A stretch of DNA of 62,981 bases, counting the filler, from Candidatus Babelota bacterium (GTDB taxonomy: Bacteria; JAGOBX01), in assembly GCA_017999075.1 (NCBI GenBank). It is 9 parts of 9 records of this genome, joined end to end, with 100 filler letters (N's around TTAATTAATTAA, not from the genome) between each part and the next. Parts side by side here need not be neighbours in the genome. Positions count along the whole stretch, not along the records: positions 60,335 to 62,981 come from JAGOBX010000568.1; 8 more parts are not named here. One strand, 5' to 3'. The translations under genes and the position numbers were made by a program. Of the stretch, positions 62,560 to 62,981 are shown piece by piece. Below the pieces are notes generated by a model. That model had not been told where the DNA came from. It saw nothing but the letters and a program-made list of their open reading frames with translations, and did not search any database. Numbering within the stretch: position 1 is the stretch's first letter; every line of letters begins with the position of its first letter.

Positions 62560-62669
62560 GGGGTTGAACGATTTTATATTATAGAATTTATTTATAGAAT
62601 TTGTCTGCCGTTAAAAGTGCAGAAAATACAGGCTTTAAAGGTATTAAGAAATGTAAATTTTTAAAGTTG
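62560..62669. repeat. Imperfect direct repeat, copy 2 (partner at 60987-61090)
   Basis: TGAACGAT at 62565-62572; AAAATACAGGCTTT at 62623-62636. Confidence 0.7.
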
Positions 62670-62981
62670 TATTCAGTAATTCTCCGAATTATTTTTATAA
62701 AAATTGGTAACACCGCATTTATCAGCATGTTTGTAAAGCGATAAAATTGTGTTTTTTATTGATTTATTTTTATTTCTACAATGATTTCGAAGAAATAAGC
62801 TCAAAACGGTAAAAATCAAGAAAAAATATTGATTATGATAATTCATTCAAATTTTCAAGAATAATTTATCTGATTTTCTGCTATCCAGTCTATAAATTTG
62901 TGATTTTATCTTCAGATTTTTTTTATCTCACTTTATCAGAAACGATTCAAATTCCACTAATAATATATTAGGGTTCAGACG

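Larger units (their letters stand above)
60335..62981. mobile_element. Fragment of a probable mobile element (phage/ICE/plasmid-like)
   Basis: Serine recombinase, DUF2958-like gene, low coding density and repeated motifs; boundaries not visible. Confidence 0.55.

Noticed and set aside
1-62981. Genome-wide stop-codon reassignment (code 4, 25 or 15) as the explanation for the two in-frame stops
   Set aside because: TGA ends cysD at its normal C-terminus, TAG ends cobO normally, and housekeeping genes are uninterrupted under code 11.

Overview
Very AT-rich bacterial sequence that is not contiguous. It consists of nine draft contigs joined by an artificial 100-nt linker (N44-TTAATTAATTAA-N44), so gene order across linkers is meaningless. 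Contig 1 (1-12400): a putative lipoprotein/peptidoglycan endopeptidase whose start is out of frame across a pentanucleotide repeat, envelope and glycosylation genes, and a class B PBP. Contig 2 (12501-24848): an apparent starch-utilisation operon running LacI fragment, cohesin-like+dockerin protein, cohesin-like+T9SS-type CTD protein, PorV-like barrel, then a giant GH57/GH119-like+CBM/FN3+GH13 enzyme. Two genes in this operon are each split by a single in-frame stop (TGA 24106-24108, TAG 19987-19989), with the domain continuing in frame. Contig 3 (24949-37046): trxB, a CheY-like regulator, cobO, a transcarboxylase-like cluster, and a duplicated convergent radical SAM pair around a B12 radical SAM next to a GT9 gene. 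Contig 4 (37147-49206): TPR-Ser/Thr kinase, thioesterase, GH15, histidine kinase, acpS, mtnA, MoxR. Four short contigs carry ssnA-like/GT9/radical SAM, argD-argF, pstB-cysD-cysN and lpdA-gpsA. The last contig looks mobile: a short serine recombinase flanked by ~100-bp imperfect direct repeats, a motif-rich non-coding spacer and a DUF2958-like gene. No rRNA, tRNA or CRISPR array was seen. All family calls come from motif recognition by eye, not from database searches.
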